Positions 13,520 through 25,185 of a stretch of 64,000 nucleotides of DNA are shown here, piece by piece. The position numbers were made by a program, and so were the translations under genes. The notes below the pieces were generated by a model, which made no database searches, was not told the DNA's origin, and worked only from the letters and a program-made list of their open reading frames with translations. The stretch covers positions 30,070,001-30,134,000 of the forward strand of contig NC_135881.1 in the NCBI RefSeq assembly GCF_964194155.1. Reading direction: 5' to 3'. Each line of letters begins with the position of its first letter. Position 1 is the first letter of the stretch. The DNA comes from Cetorhinus maximus (Eukaryota).

Positions 13520-16405
13520 CTTTGATTATCCACCAATTTATTTTCGGAGTCTAAACCATATGTGCAGTGTAAAAGTGTGGTGAAAATGTGGACTCGGGTT
13601 ACCTCGTTATCCAAGAGGAAGCAAGGTATGGCCTTGGCTTTGTCACTACTAGGAAAAAGTAAGATTAGAAGTAAGGTATTTTCAGAGCTAGATGTAAATG
13701 ACTTGGATATTGAAGAGGGATTAGCTCTTCTATTACAATTTATGGATAGGATTTACAAGAAAGATGTTCTGTTGGAAGCCTATGAAGCGTAGTCAACTTT
13801 TGATAAATTTAAGAAGACAGACAATCAGTCCTTGGAAGAGTATTATGGACTTTGATAGGCTGTATAAGTAATTGACAAAGTTTGACCTACAGATTCCTAA
13901 GTCTGTGCTTGTATTCAATTGATACAATTGATCAATAGATGGTGCACAGATTTCACATATAGACAGACTTCTGGTACTGATGGGGGTTCAATTTCATGAA
14001 TCAGATTCTTTTTTAGACCAAATGACTGCTGCCCTGAAAATATTTTTGGGAAGTAATCATCTCCAGCCACTATCATGTCACAAACACACGGCTATGCAGT
14101 GATGCAAAGAATGGAGGACTCCAAGGTTGCTGAATTTCGAAACCACATAAATACTGGATGCAGGTGTCAATACAAAGACAGAGTTGCTGATAGGCAGCTA
14201 ATGAGGGTCGCATCTTTTGATTTGTGGATCAAGACAGAAAGCAGGACTTGGGTGGCAACCATACGTGTATGAACCCTAGAAATGCATGTGGAATGATTAA
14301 CAGGTTTTTTGCTGTGATTCTAAATATCAATATGCAGTGAATTATCCAAAGTGCAAAAATCAAGTCTTTGAGGTAACCATGATACGGACAATTCTGATGC
14401 TGAGAATGATGGTGATGACTGGCCTGAAGTAATTTTATTGGTTAATGGAAGCCTGAGTCTGGTGATGAGCGTTTTGATTGCTGATTTGTTCAACTGTGCA
14501 GTGCTGAATAGGGGTGGATTGGCCCGAATGCTACTTGGAATCTCTAGACAAGGAAGATCGGCATAAGATTAAAGATTATGAAAGCTCCATCTGCTTTATG
14601 TTTGGGGATGACAATATGCTAAAGTCTTTCAGAAGAGTGATCATCACTTGCAAAGTAGCTGGAACAAGTCTCTTCATTAGCCCTAATGTGGCCTCTAGTG
14701 AGATACCTTTACTGTTGAGCAAGTCCTCAATGAAAAAAAACGCACATGAAATTAGATATGGAAACTGACAAAGCGCTTGTATTTGGAAAAGCCGTCGATA
14801 TACATTTCACTCGATCAGGGCATTACTGCACACCATTTATGAAACCAGATGTTTCTTGTTGAGAAGTCCAGGCAGTATTGTTGGCTTCAGGGGATAAGAC
14901 TCTGGCTGACAGGAAAAGAGTTATTTGGGGATTATATAGACAATTTGCACAACCTTTGTGGCAGAAATGAAAAGCTTTGCTGAGGGATACTGGAGTAGTC
15001 AATAGAAAATATTAAACTCTTACTGAGCAAGTTACATCCCATTACCACATTTGTGCCAAATACCAGATGGAACAAGACCAAAGCTAGGTTAGTGGTCCAG
15101 GGTCTTGAGGAATGCTCAGGAGATAAAGAGATCAGAGTGGACTCGTCCGTAGCAGGAAAGGTAATGTTCATTTTTTTGGGCCCTTTTAGCAATGTCTTTG
15201 TGTGAACGTAAGTCAATAGACATAAAAGCTACATTTTTGCAGGGGAATCACCTTCAGAGGGAAGTGTTTCTCGAACCTTCTAAGGAGGCACCAGATGTAG
15301 AAGGAAATCTTTGGAAGTTAAGTAAGTGTGTTTATGGTTGAACAATGCTTCCAGGGTATGGTGCTTTTCAGTTAGGTCCATTTTGTTAAAGTTGGGCTCT
15401 CTACAGCTGAAAGCAAATCACGCCATGTTTTATTGATACCATGGAGGGAAACCCTCTGGCATCTTTATGGTGCAAGTTGACAACTCCTTGGTGGTACTGG
15501 CAAGTTTTAAAAATATTATCGACAGGATTAGAACGGAATTTTAGATTGAGAGTCGGGCTTCCTGGGTCTTTAAATATATTGGGTTGGAAATAAGGCAGTA
15601 TGGATCTGGTGTAACTTTACATCACCAACCTTACTTAGAAAGTACTAATCCAGCACAGTCAATCATGCCAGATCCTCACAAAAAGATGCTTCCAAAGCTG
15701 AGACAGAGCAGCTGCAGAGTCTATTTGGACAATTGAATTGGCTGGGCACACAGACAAGGCCAGATGCAAGTTTTGATGTCTTAGAACTAAGTGCCATAAT
15801 GAAACATCCAAAGGTCAAGGACATTTTGCAGGCAAACAAAACATTAAAAAAATTCAAGGTGGAGAAATGTGTGCTGAAATTTCCATCTATGGGTGACCCC
15901 GGGAATATAAAATTGATTATTGTTGGTGATGCCTCTCATGCAAATTTTGTGAAGGTTTTTGAGTGCAGCTGGTTTTATAATATTTCTTATGGGAGAAAAT
16001 GGGAAATGTTGCCCCTTGGCTTGGGAAGCCAAGAAAATAAGGAGAATAGTAAAAAGTACTCTGGCTGCTGGAACTCTTACACTTGCTGAGGCAATTGACA
16101 TGGCATTCTTTGTATCAAAGATATTAGGCGAAGTTCTATATCAAGGAGATGCCAAAGAAACCATGCCTATTGAATGTTATATAGACAATCGTTCTCTTTG
16201 GGATGACATGCACTCCACAAAATATGTGAATTAGAAGAGATTAAGAATTGATATTCCGAGTTTGAAACAAATATTGGAGAATAAAGAAATCTCCAAACAT
16301 AAATGAGTAGATACAAGCCATCAATTGTCTGACTGTTTTACCAAAAGGAATGCTTCCAATGAGAAATTACCAGTAGCCTTAGAAGAAGGACATCTCACAC
16401 TGTAA
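13520..16405 (+). pseudogene. Copia gag-pol remnant (gag, protease trace, RT, RNase H; integrase core missing)
   Basis: ORF fragments 13562-13792, 14514-14768, 15733-16089 and 15959-16234 with many stops and frameshifts. The sequence jumps from the post-protease region to the RT KARLV motif near 15040-15080. Confidence 0.8.
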
Positions 16406-16509
16406 GTCTTGGGATTGTAAGATTTATTTCCCTTTCTTCAGGTTTTTTATTTGGAAATCTTGTCAGTAAATATGTACTTGTTATTTTTCTTTAAAGAAAG
16501 AAAGGAATC

Positions 16510-16747
16510 TGTTAATGTTGCAAACGCTGTAACAGTTAAGTGCATGCTCTTGTTCTGCTTAAGAGCAGTTGATTGTAATTGGGGAAAAGTTGGGGCACAT
16601 ATAAATAGAATAAATAAGAATAAGGAAACTGTGGAAAAGAGAAGTAGTCTGCATTTATGTTATAGTGGGTTCTGTGAATGAACCTATGTTGTAAACAGAC
16701 TGGCTCCAGCTTCTTCCTCTCCCTGATGCCTGCTCAGAAGAATAACA
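16510..16747 (+). repeat. Copia 3' LTR
   Basis: TGTTAATGTTGCAAAC...GAATAACA, preceded by the purine tract AAAGAAAGAAAGGAA. Confidence 0.88.
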
Positions 16748-17685
16748 GGATTCATCGAATTTGACAAAGTTACATATGAATTGTGAAGAGCAAGACACAG
16801 ATTGAATGTTTATTAATAACCTGTAGCAAATAGTTTGATATTTTATATATTTATAATTTAAATGTATATTACAGAATTTCATAGTTTATACTAGCTATAC
16901 ATAAAAAATAGACCAATTTCAAAGTGATTATGTATATTCAACAAACAGCAAACAGAAAGTCAAAGAACCACATTCTTGATATAAAATTGGGATTCAAATA
17001 ATAGGATGGCTGTAAAAGATAGATTATTATGGAAATAACTGCAGTATTTATTGTTCAATTAAAGAGGTGCCAAATGGTACATGATTTCATATCTATGGCA
17101 AGGTGATGTAAAATGTACAATCACTTATATTATAATGACAATAATGACTTTTGGCTCATTAGGTTCTTCTCCCTTCCAATAAAACATGAAAGAGTTTGTA
17201 CACATTTTTTCCTGAAGAGAATGCACCTTTAATTCATGTGCACTTTTGAATGTTGCCATCTGGTATTTAGCACGTGGTCTGTATATATCATCACCCAACC
17301 TCTCACCATTATCTTGTAAAACATTTCCCTGTCTAACTGTTATTCAGGTTAGGCGACATAATTCGGCTTGACTTTTTAACCTGCAGTCCATGTTTAAGTA
17401 TGCAGCTATGAAAGCAGTTATAATATTTTGTGAGAAAAATTAGAAAGAGAGCTTGGAACTCACATTCACTGGGAACAAGAACAAAGAAATTGTTAGTTAT
17501 ACATCAAACACTAAGCCTGAGATCTTATCTGTAGATAAAAGAATCATTGAGCAAAGGAACTCTATTGAAAATTACTTCAAGAATTATTAACATATATTCC
17601 ACTACCATAACTTGAGTGATGCAATTGGCTGACTGAAGGCATATTTATATTGTGCCATTGCCACTACATTGACCAAGCTCAGGCC

Positions 17686-18959
17686 TTATACTGCTGGTTG
17701 CAAGTCTTATGTAAAACTATGGAAACCTGCTAAGACCAGTGGTCAGAAAGACCCACTAAAGACAGGTTTTCTCAGCAGCCAGCCTTAGCAAATACCTGTT
17801 AATTAACATCTAACTTTAAGCTGACTTCACAAGAACTGGACTTGGACACTCTGACAGCACTAGCACACGTCTTGCCTGTATAAAGGAAAGAATTTGCATT
17901 CATGTTGTAACTCTCACATTTTTAGCATGTTCCAAAGTCCTTCACAGCCAATAAAAATGTTTATATTTTTCTGTGGCAACTTGAATGTTAGATTCAGCCC
18001 AGACTATTCTCTCTTTGCGAATAATTCAGTCTTCTGGTCATTTTAGTTGATATTGATAAAGGTTTCTTCCCCTCAAGCACTGTTTCCCTTTCAAAATTCT
18101 GTCATCACTCTCCCCGTCATAAAACTTACCCTCGACCCATCTGTCCTTACTAAACACTGCAAGATTTCTATTCCCCCTTATTTTTCCAAAGTCCTTTAAT
18201 GTGCTGTTTCATCCCAGCTGTCCACAACTCCCTATTTGAATCTTTCCACTGAGATATCTGCCCCTCTAACAGCACCAAAACAACTTCAACCAAAGCCTTG
18301 AAGAACATTCTCTGTTACTGTGACAATGGTGCATAATCCTTCCTCATTCTCCTTGCGATCCTTGCCACCTTCTCAAGGGCAAATAGGGAAGGAAATACAT
18401 GTTGGTCTAGCCAGCAATGCCCTCATCCCATGAATGAATATTTTAAAAATTCAGCAGCCCTTGTCACAATCAATCACTATTCTCTTCCAATCCTTCTCCT
18501 CTGTTATCTACATTAAGGGTGGGGGAAGAGGGGGCCATTACTTGGATCTGATTATGGCCAGTGCATACATGGAAATGGCTGTTCTGGATATAGCAATGTC
18601 TGTTCTACAGTGGCCACTGAAGTCCCCCAGTATCCATTCTTTGCTCCTTCTTCTTCCTTGTCTACATATAGCCTCTTGGAAAAAGCATGTGATGCCATAG
18701 CATCATGTTCCACTAAATACCAAAAGCATTCAGTTCCACCACCTCTCTTATTGGCTTCTTGCCCTCCAAGATCTCAGATTATCATCAAGTTACATTGAAG
18801 CTCCCCTTGAAAACATTCCACCATTTCACACCCTGCTCTTCCTTTATACCATCCTTAAAACTCTGGCTGCTGAGAAAACCTGTTTTTAGTGGGTCTTTCT
18901 GACCTCTGGTCTCATCAAGTCTCCGTAGTTTTACATAGGATTTGCAACCAGTGGTATAA
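17686..18959. repeat. 97-bp inverted repeat (arms 17686-17782 and 18863-18959)
   Basis: Manual ungapped alignment gives 86/97 matches, with a spacer of about 1.08 kb. Confidence 0.9.
18060..18860 (+). mobile_element. Degenerate L2-type LINE fragment
   Basis: Pyrimidine-rich RT-region remnants (CCCTCGACCCATCTGTCC, CAGCACCAAAAC, TCTCTGTTACTGTGACAATGG). Contains a short LINE/SINE tail at 18370-18450. Confidence 0.55.
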
Positions 18960-19005
18960 TAAACTCCCAAGAATGTCTTGTCTTGACTCACTGGGGGTAG
19001 TGCAC

Positions 19006-19889
19006 TGTAATATCAAGCGCCACTATTCCCCGAGCTGTGACAAATGTGAAAACCACCAGGTTGCCCCAATTCTACCTAACTGTTTAATTTAGGCTAACAG
19101 AATTCGAGGTTTGTAAACTTAATAAGTAAATAACTGTATATTGAACAAATTGTCTTCAACTAGTGGCAAAAGAAAGAAATATGAACTGCTAACTTCTAAC
19201 ACTATAGCTTAAACTCTACCCCCTTCTTAAACCCCTATACATACACACACAAGACACATTAGAGACACAAAACATGGATTTTAAGGGTGGGATAAAACGG
19301 TTCAATAGCACCAATTCCGGAGTACAGGATTCAATGTATTGACTTTGATCGATGTCGCCCAAATTCCTTACAGTTCTTGTTGATAATACGAGGTGGTCTT
19401 CCAGCACTTTCAGTATTTAGTTCACTGGTTGAGAACTTGCTTTTCAATGTCTCTAACAGTGGTTTTCCTCTTTTCCTTTTTACAGGGATTTCCTCAGAGA
19501 GAGCAGGTTATAGAGATATGAGGAAGAGAGATATTAGATGTTTTCTCTTTTCAGACCGGGAACTTTCTGCTGTGGAATTACTGGAATCTTCCACACATGG
19601 GAGAATGAGGTTTTAGGTCTTGTCCCTTTCAGGCTAGGAGCTTTCTGCACTGCTCTCACACAAAACCCTGGTCACCTGGTCAGGAGCCAATTAAAATGCT
19701 GTTGCCAGGCAGCTCCCTTGGTCCAGGACTCCTTTCCTACACCATCCTGTCTTTCATGGCACACTCTGTTCCAGGGCTGTAACATTGTATTTGTCTCTTA
19801 CTTTGCTCCAGTGGACATGTCCTTCAAACTGCAGTCGTAGCAATTCCAATCCACAGTCCAACAGAACATTAAAAGATATGTTCCTTACA
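19006..19889. mobile_element. Possible solo LTR
   Basis: TGTAA...TTACA ends and LTR-like composition, non-coding. No TSD found and boundaries are ambiguous (alternative end TGTAACA at 19784). Confidence 0.3.
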
Positions 19890-19989
19890 GTCTCCCTGCC
19901 TATGGCTTCTTGTTTTGATAAGCAGTGTTCATGTCACTCAGATGAACAATGTATAGGCGGCTGTCTCAGTTCAGGGCCTCTTCCCTGAA

Positions 19990-22779
19990 CTTTGTGCAGC
20001 CTTCAGACCAAAGCGATGGTCCGGCCTCACACTCCCATATTAGTGATGCCTGCACCTTGACGATGCTTGTCATTGCTGCCAGAATGTTGTGAACTGGCAT
20101 CACGGAGTTCTATCAGCACATTTAAGGCAGGGCTGGCCCCGATCTCTTCAACATCTATGACTCATGACGCTGTGCTCCTGAAGGGGTCAGGAGCTGAAGG
20201 CGGACAAAGGATCCGGTGCTTCCAAAGTTTCATGGCTGCATGTCAATGATTTGACCCTGATCACAAAGCGCAAGCGAGCTGCCCTTGGCCAGACAGGAGT
20301 CAAACATTCTCAGAGACTATGTGAGAATCTATGGAGTATCTTCACTGCATGTCATCATCATCCTCCTGCAATCATGCGAATATTAGGGCCTCCACTGTGT
20401 CTCCATTACAGGAGCATTATCGCAGAGGGTATGCGAACCAGATTGGATTCAAACAGATATATGGTGAGGATCTATGGGGTCTCCTCACTACGTGTTGTCA
20501 TCATCCTCCACAAATCTAGCAGTTCTGGGGGTCCATCGAGCACGCCTGCCTCGTCTGGCCAGTATGAGGGCCTCATCCCCATCATCGCCGCTGTCAAGGA
20601 CCTCCTCACCCTCATCTCTGTTGGCGTCTTCCTCATCCAAGAAGACATCCAGCTCCTCCATCTCCTCCTCAGCCAGCTCCTCTCTCCGTTGCAGCGCCAG
20701 GTTGTAAAAGGTGCAGCAGGCAATGATGATGCGTGACACCCTCAGCGGACTATATTGCAGGGCTCCACCAGATCGGTCCAGGCACCGGAGCCTCATTTTC
20801 AGCATCCTGATGGTTTGCTCTCCCAAGTGTGAGTTGCAGCATGAGCCTCATTATACCTTCACTCTGCTGCAGCCTGAGGCCACCGCTTGGGTGTCATCAG
20901 CCATGGCCTCTGCGGGTAGCCCTTGTCCCCAAAGAGCCATCCCTGCAGCTTCTGTGGACCGTGGAAGATGTCAGGGATCTGTGACTGACTGAGAATGTAA
21001 GAGCCATGAATACTCCCTGGAAACCGTGCGCAGACCTGCAGGATGCGTTTCTGGTGGACACACACCAGCTGCACGTTCAGCGAATGGAATCCCTTCCAGT
21101 TAATGGAGTTGACCGCATGTTGTGACAGTCGATGGCACCCTGCACCTGTGGGAAACCCGAGATCTGAGCAAATCCAATCGCTCTTGCATCCTGGCTGTCC
21201 TGGCCCCGGACAAAATGCATAAATTTTGTGCCCCTCGTGAAGATGGCACCTGTACCCTCATGGATGCATATGTGAGTGGGGACTTGTGATATCCCACAGA
21301 GTCACCTGTGGAGCCCTGAATGAATCCACGGGTGTAGAAATTGAGCGCCACGGTCATTTTCATGGCCACTGGCAGTGGATGCCCTCCATGCCCCCATTGT
21401 GTCAATGCCCCCCAAGTCCCCATTGCGCCACACAAAATCCTGCAGCATCTGGCAGATGTGACTGACCAGTTCCTTAGATAGGTGGTCATCTGCAGGCATG
21501 AAAGGCAGCATCTATAGACCCTGGGTGTCGCTAAGTGCCGACCAGCATGTTTCACTGTGGCTCTTCGGCAGTGTGTGTAGGAGCCCCAGATGCCCCTTCT
21601 TCCTAAGGGTGCTGCTCCTCCCTCTGCACAGTCAGGCGCCTCAGTCGCTCTCTCCTCCATTGTCTTCACTCTCTCTATTAGTTCAACATGCTCCATGATC
21701 CTGATGTACTCTTGCAGGATGAAAGAGAGAGATGTATGGGTTAGCATGGGTGTACTAAGAACCTGTCCTGGTTAAGTGTGAAGGCCCCTTGATGCATGGC
21801 GGAGAGTGCTGGCCACCACTTGGATGGCCAGAGTTTAGTGCAATGCATGACTGCCTGAAACCCCACCCTTGCCCCACTCCACCTGACCGATTTGCAGCAG
21901 CTTTGCCCACTGGACTGCATGCTGTGCTCTCAGCTCGGGTGCAGGCATTCTCCTAACCCGCACTGCAAGGCTGCACTGTTAACTTGAACCATGGGGGAGA
22001 CTGGTCCAAACCAGGATGCTGACATTGCAAGGGGCTGTGAGTGCCTCCATCAAAGACTGCTCCAGCTTTAGCGAGGAGATTGTACAATGGGCACACTCGT
22101 CCAACTGTCCTGCAGTCCACTAAAATGCTCATTACTTTGCAGTCTGTGCTCGAGGGGTGAAAAGCTCTGGAGCACTTGGTGGCACTTCGATACCCCTGCA
22201 TTGCTTGAGTGGGCAGATAAGCTAGAGGCCCGACTCCAGTCATATCAATGGCTGCACCTGAACTGTCTCAGTTGCATGGGAATAGTCACTTTATATGAGG
22301 TGTCTGTACTGCATGGCCACTTCCCTCACCCACCCTACCCCCCACCCTGTGTGCTTGTGTGTTACATTGAGCCGCAGTGCTGCCCCTGCACACCCCACCC
22401 CCCCACAATGCATCTCATGCTTGAAGTCCAACAGGTGACCCTATTGAGCGCTCTGCAACACTACTGTGTACTCACTTCCGAATTCCCCTCAAAATGCAGC
22501 CTGCCAAGTACACGCCTTTTATATGCTGTTGGGAAACACATTGGCGTGGGCGGACAATCCAGCAGAGGAGGACAATTCCGGCTGGTAGGCCTAATAATAA
22601 TATGCAGATGTATTAAAATGAGGTTCCTGACGTCCGATGGCAGGAAACACGGCCCGCTGTTGGCGAGCTGAGCAGACAATCTCAAACTGATTTCATGCTG
22701 TCGTGAAACCAATCGCACCATATTGTCCGCTCACGCTACCAAACACACACGGCGCTAGCAGGCACGGAAAATCCCGGCC
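19990..22779 (-). mobile_element. PIF/Harbinger element, transposase half (copy A)
   Basis: Terminus AAAATCCCGGCC at 22779 and subterminal sequence shared with 1278, 7617 and 28621. Decayed transposase gene. Left boundary uncertain. Confidence 0.85.
20488..21696 (-). pseudogene. HARBI1-like DDE transposase, frameshifted
   Basis: LPVAMKMTVALNFY..G.QGSTGD, QLVCVHQKRILQVCARFPGSIH, WLFGDKGYP..WLMTP, EQTIRMLKMRLRCLDRSGGALQYSP..IIIACCTFYNLA, then an acidic tail. Confidence 0.9.
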
Positions 22780-24610
22780 TGTGACAGAACCAAAAACTGC
22801 CGACAGCCCGAAGTGAAATAAAAGGTTATTGCACACAAAGTCTTAAAGGGACAATGACATTTAACACGGTAACTACAAGAAAAAGTGGCCATGGACAACA
22901 AATTAGAAGGCCCAGGCACATTTTTTCTATGGAAAGGGCTAAACCAGACCCAAGTGTGGAAGTGTTGGAGAAGACAATTTTAAGTTTACAGAAGAGCCAC
23001 AAGATTAAGTAAGGAATCAGTTGATAAGTTGATAAGTTTTTATTCGTCTTTGGTTCTCCACAGCCAACGTATAGATCAATACTTGCAACATCTGATGAGA
23101 TATTAAAAGGCTTTGACAGATACTTTAAACTCCAAGTTGTAGAGAGCGCAGGCTCTAGAAGGAGGTCTAGCAAACTCCCAATAAAATGCCAAGGGCAACA
23201 ACAAGAGACCCCAGAGGGAGGGCAACTCCCAATAAAGCACCAAGGGCAACCAAAGACACCAGAGAGAGGCAACAAAAGACTCCAAAGAGAGGGCGACAGA
23301 ACAACCCCAGAGAGAAGGAGACAACAGACCCCAGAGTGAGAGAGACAGATAGCAGTACAGAATGAGCAGATGGCTGTGAATGAAGAAAAACTATCTGAGG
23401 TAATTCAAAAGAAGCAAAATGTGTGATAAGTAAATGAAATTGTTCTTCAGGAAAATGTTCGCATCAGAGCTGAACTAGAAGATTTGAAGTGCAAGATTTA
23501 AGCTGAGTATATACCTTTAAAAACGTATGATAACCTGAAGTCTTCAATGAACCAAGCTGCTTGAGGTCTCAATAAACAAATTTCAGAGACAACACAAATG
23601 TATCAGGAGGAAATAATGATCCTCAATTCCACAGTTGGCAAATCAAAGCACGAGTTAGAAAAATTCAACCAGATGTAGCCAGGCAAAACAGCAGGCAGAA
23701 AAGGCACGCAAAGAAGTTGCGACCCTGAAGGACTCCTTGAAGAATCAATATGTGGCCATGGAAAAACATGAGGAGCTAAAAAGGACATTGAATATTACTT
23801 CAGAAAAAGCTGTGTTGGAACTATCAGTAGCAACGAAACGATGCACTGAAGCCCAGAGTGAATTGGCAGGAGGTCAACAAGAAAATGAACAGTTGAAAGA
23901 ACAGTTGGTTGTCCATCAAGATCAAATGCAAAAGGAATGCGTAACCATTCAGCAACATGAAGAATGAAGACTGTCTTAAATGGCAGAATGGAAGCACGGT
24001 AGAAGAAACTCGAAGAGTCGTTATTGAATTATAGGAAAGCTCAAGGTGAAGCAAGTGGGCTTCACAAGTAAAGGAAAACCTGTTGAAAGGCATGTTACAA
24101 GAATCCCTTAGATCAAAGTTTATTTTTCTGCAAAGTTACGAAGAGAAGGAAAATGAATTTAACATCACCCTGAACAAACTGAACAACCAGCCGGCAGAGA
24201 AGACTCAGCGATGCTCAATGTCCCAGGAGGCAGCCGAAAGCTATAAGAAACAAGCTGAAGAGCTGAAAAGGCAGTTGAATGGAAAAGAGGAGGCACTGAA
24301 AGGAAAGGCCGTAGAACTTTCTAAGCTGTGAGCGGATAATAAAGCCATGAGTAGCACATCTACAAGTCAACATTTCACTGGAGACAGACCTGGATAACAG
24401 TGAAAGCAAAGTGAAAGACAAAGTTCTTTGTAGACAGACAAAGAAAAGACAGAATTACGATTGGAAAATGTAAATTCAATACTGAAGTGCAAGGAACTAA
24501 AAGGAGAACAATTTTTGAAAATAAAACAGCAAATAAGTGTTGGACTAAAATTGTGAAACAAGTGGAAATGAAGGTTCCACTTGCAAAATGTATTCTCCAG
24601 CAAGAACAAG
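22780..24610 (+). mobile_element. Putative non-autonomous Gypsy-type LTR element remnant with captured host coiled-coil sequence
   Basis: Short TG...TAACA segment 22780-22866 containing AATAAA. ATG at 22891 opens a gag-like peptide (QVWKCWRRQF*VYRRATRLSK...EILKGFDRYFK), then tandem peptide repeats, then a coiled-coil region. Confidence 0.55.
23360..24340 (+). pseudogene. UACA: Intronless decayed fragment of UACA-like coiled-coil region
   Basis: AEYIPLKTYDNLKSSMN, LKNQYVAMEKHEELKRTLNIT, LLNYRKAQGE, LQESLRSKF..SYEEKENEFNIT..AEKTQR, KEEALKGKAVELSKL. Order and spacing match vertebrate UACA as recalled. At least 6 stops and several frameshifts. Confidence 0.7.
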
Positions 24611-25185
24611 GCAAATGGGACACTTGCCTTTATCAATTAAGGCATAGATTACAAAAGTAGGGAGGTCATGTTGGAGTTGTATAGAACCTTGGTGAGGCCA
24701 CAGCTGGAGTACTGTGTGCAGTTCTGGTCGCCACATTATTGGAAGGATGTGATTGCACTGGAGGGGGTGCAGAGGTGATTCATTAGGATGTTGCCTGGGA
24801 TGAAACATTTAAGTTATGAAGAGAGGTTGGATAGACTTGGGTTGTTTTCATTGGAGCAGAGAAGGTTGAGGAGCGACCTGATTGCGACGTACAAGATTAT
24901 GAGGGGCATGGACAGGGTGGATAGGGAGCAGCTGTTCCCCTTAGTTGAAGGGTCAGTCACGAGGGATCATAAGTTCAAGGTGAGGGGCAGGAGGTTTAGG
25001 GGGGATGTGAGGAAAAACTTTTTTACCGAGAGGGTGGTGATGGTCTGGAATATGCTGCCTGGGAGGGTGGTGGAGGTGAGTTGCCTCACATCCTTTAAAA
25101 AGTACCTGGATGAGCACTTGGCACATCATAACATTCAACGCTATGGGCCAAGTGCTGGTAAATGGGATTAGGTTGGTAAGTCAGG
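24610..25185 (+). mobile_element. CR1 LINE 3' fragment
   Basis: ORF 24788-25171 LSYEERLDRLGLFSLEQRRLR..TRDHKFKV..FFTERVV..WN.LP. Confidence 0.92.

Larger units (their letters stand above)
13148..16747 (+). mobile_element. Ty1/Copia LTR retrotransposon (GalEa-like), internally deleted and decayed
   Basis: Two ~237-bp direct repeats with TGTTA...TAACA ends, PBS TGGTAGCAGAGC at 13385-13396, purine tract 16493-16507. Gag MWTRVTSLSKRKQGMALALSL. RT/RNase H motifs KARLVVQGLEE, DIKATFLQG, LWKLSKCVYG, TRPDASF, GDASHAN, RIVKSTLAA, QLSDCFTK. Confidence 0.9.

Noticed and set aside
23360-24340. Functional UACA exon of a host gene
   Set aside because: Multiple stops and frameshifts, no splice acceptor, no neighbouring ankyrin-repeat exons, and embedded among TE remnants.
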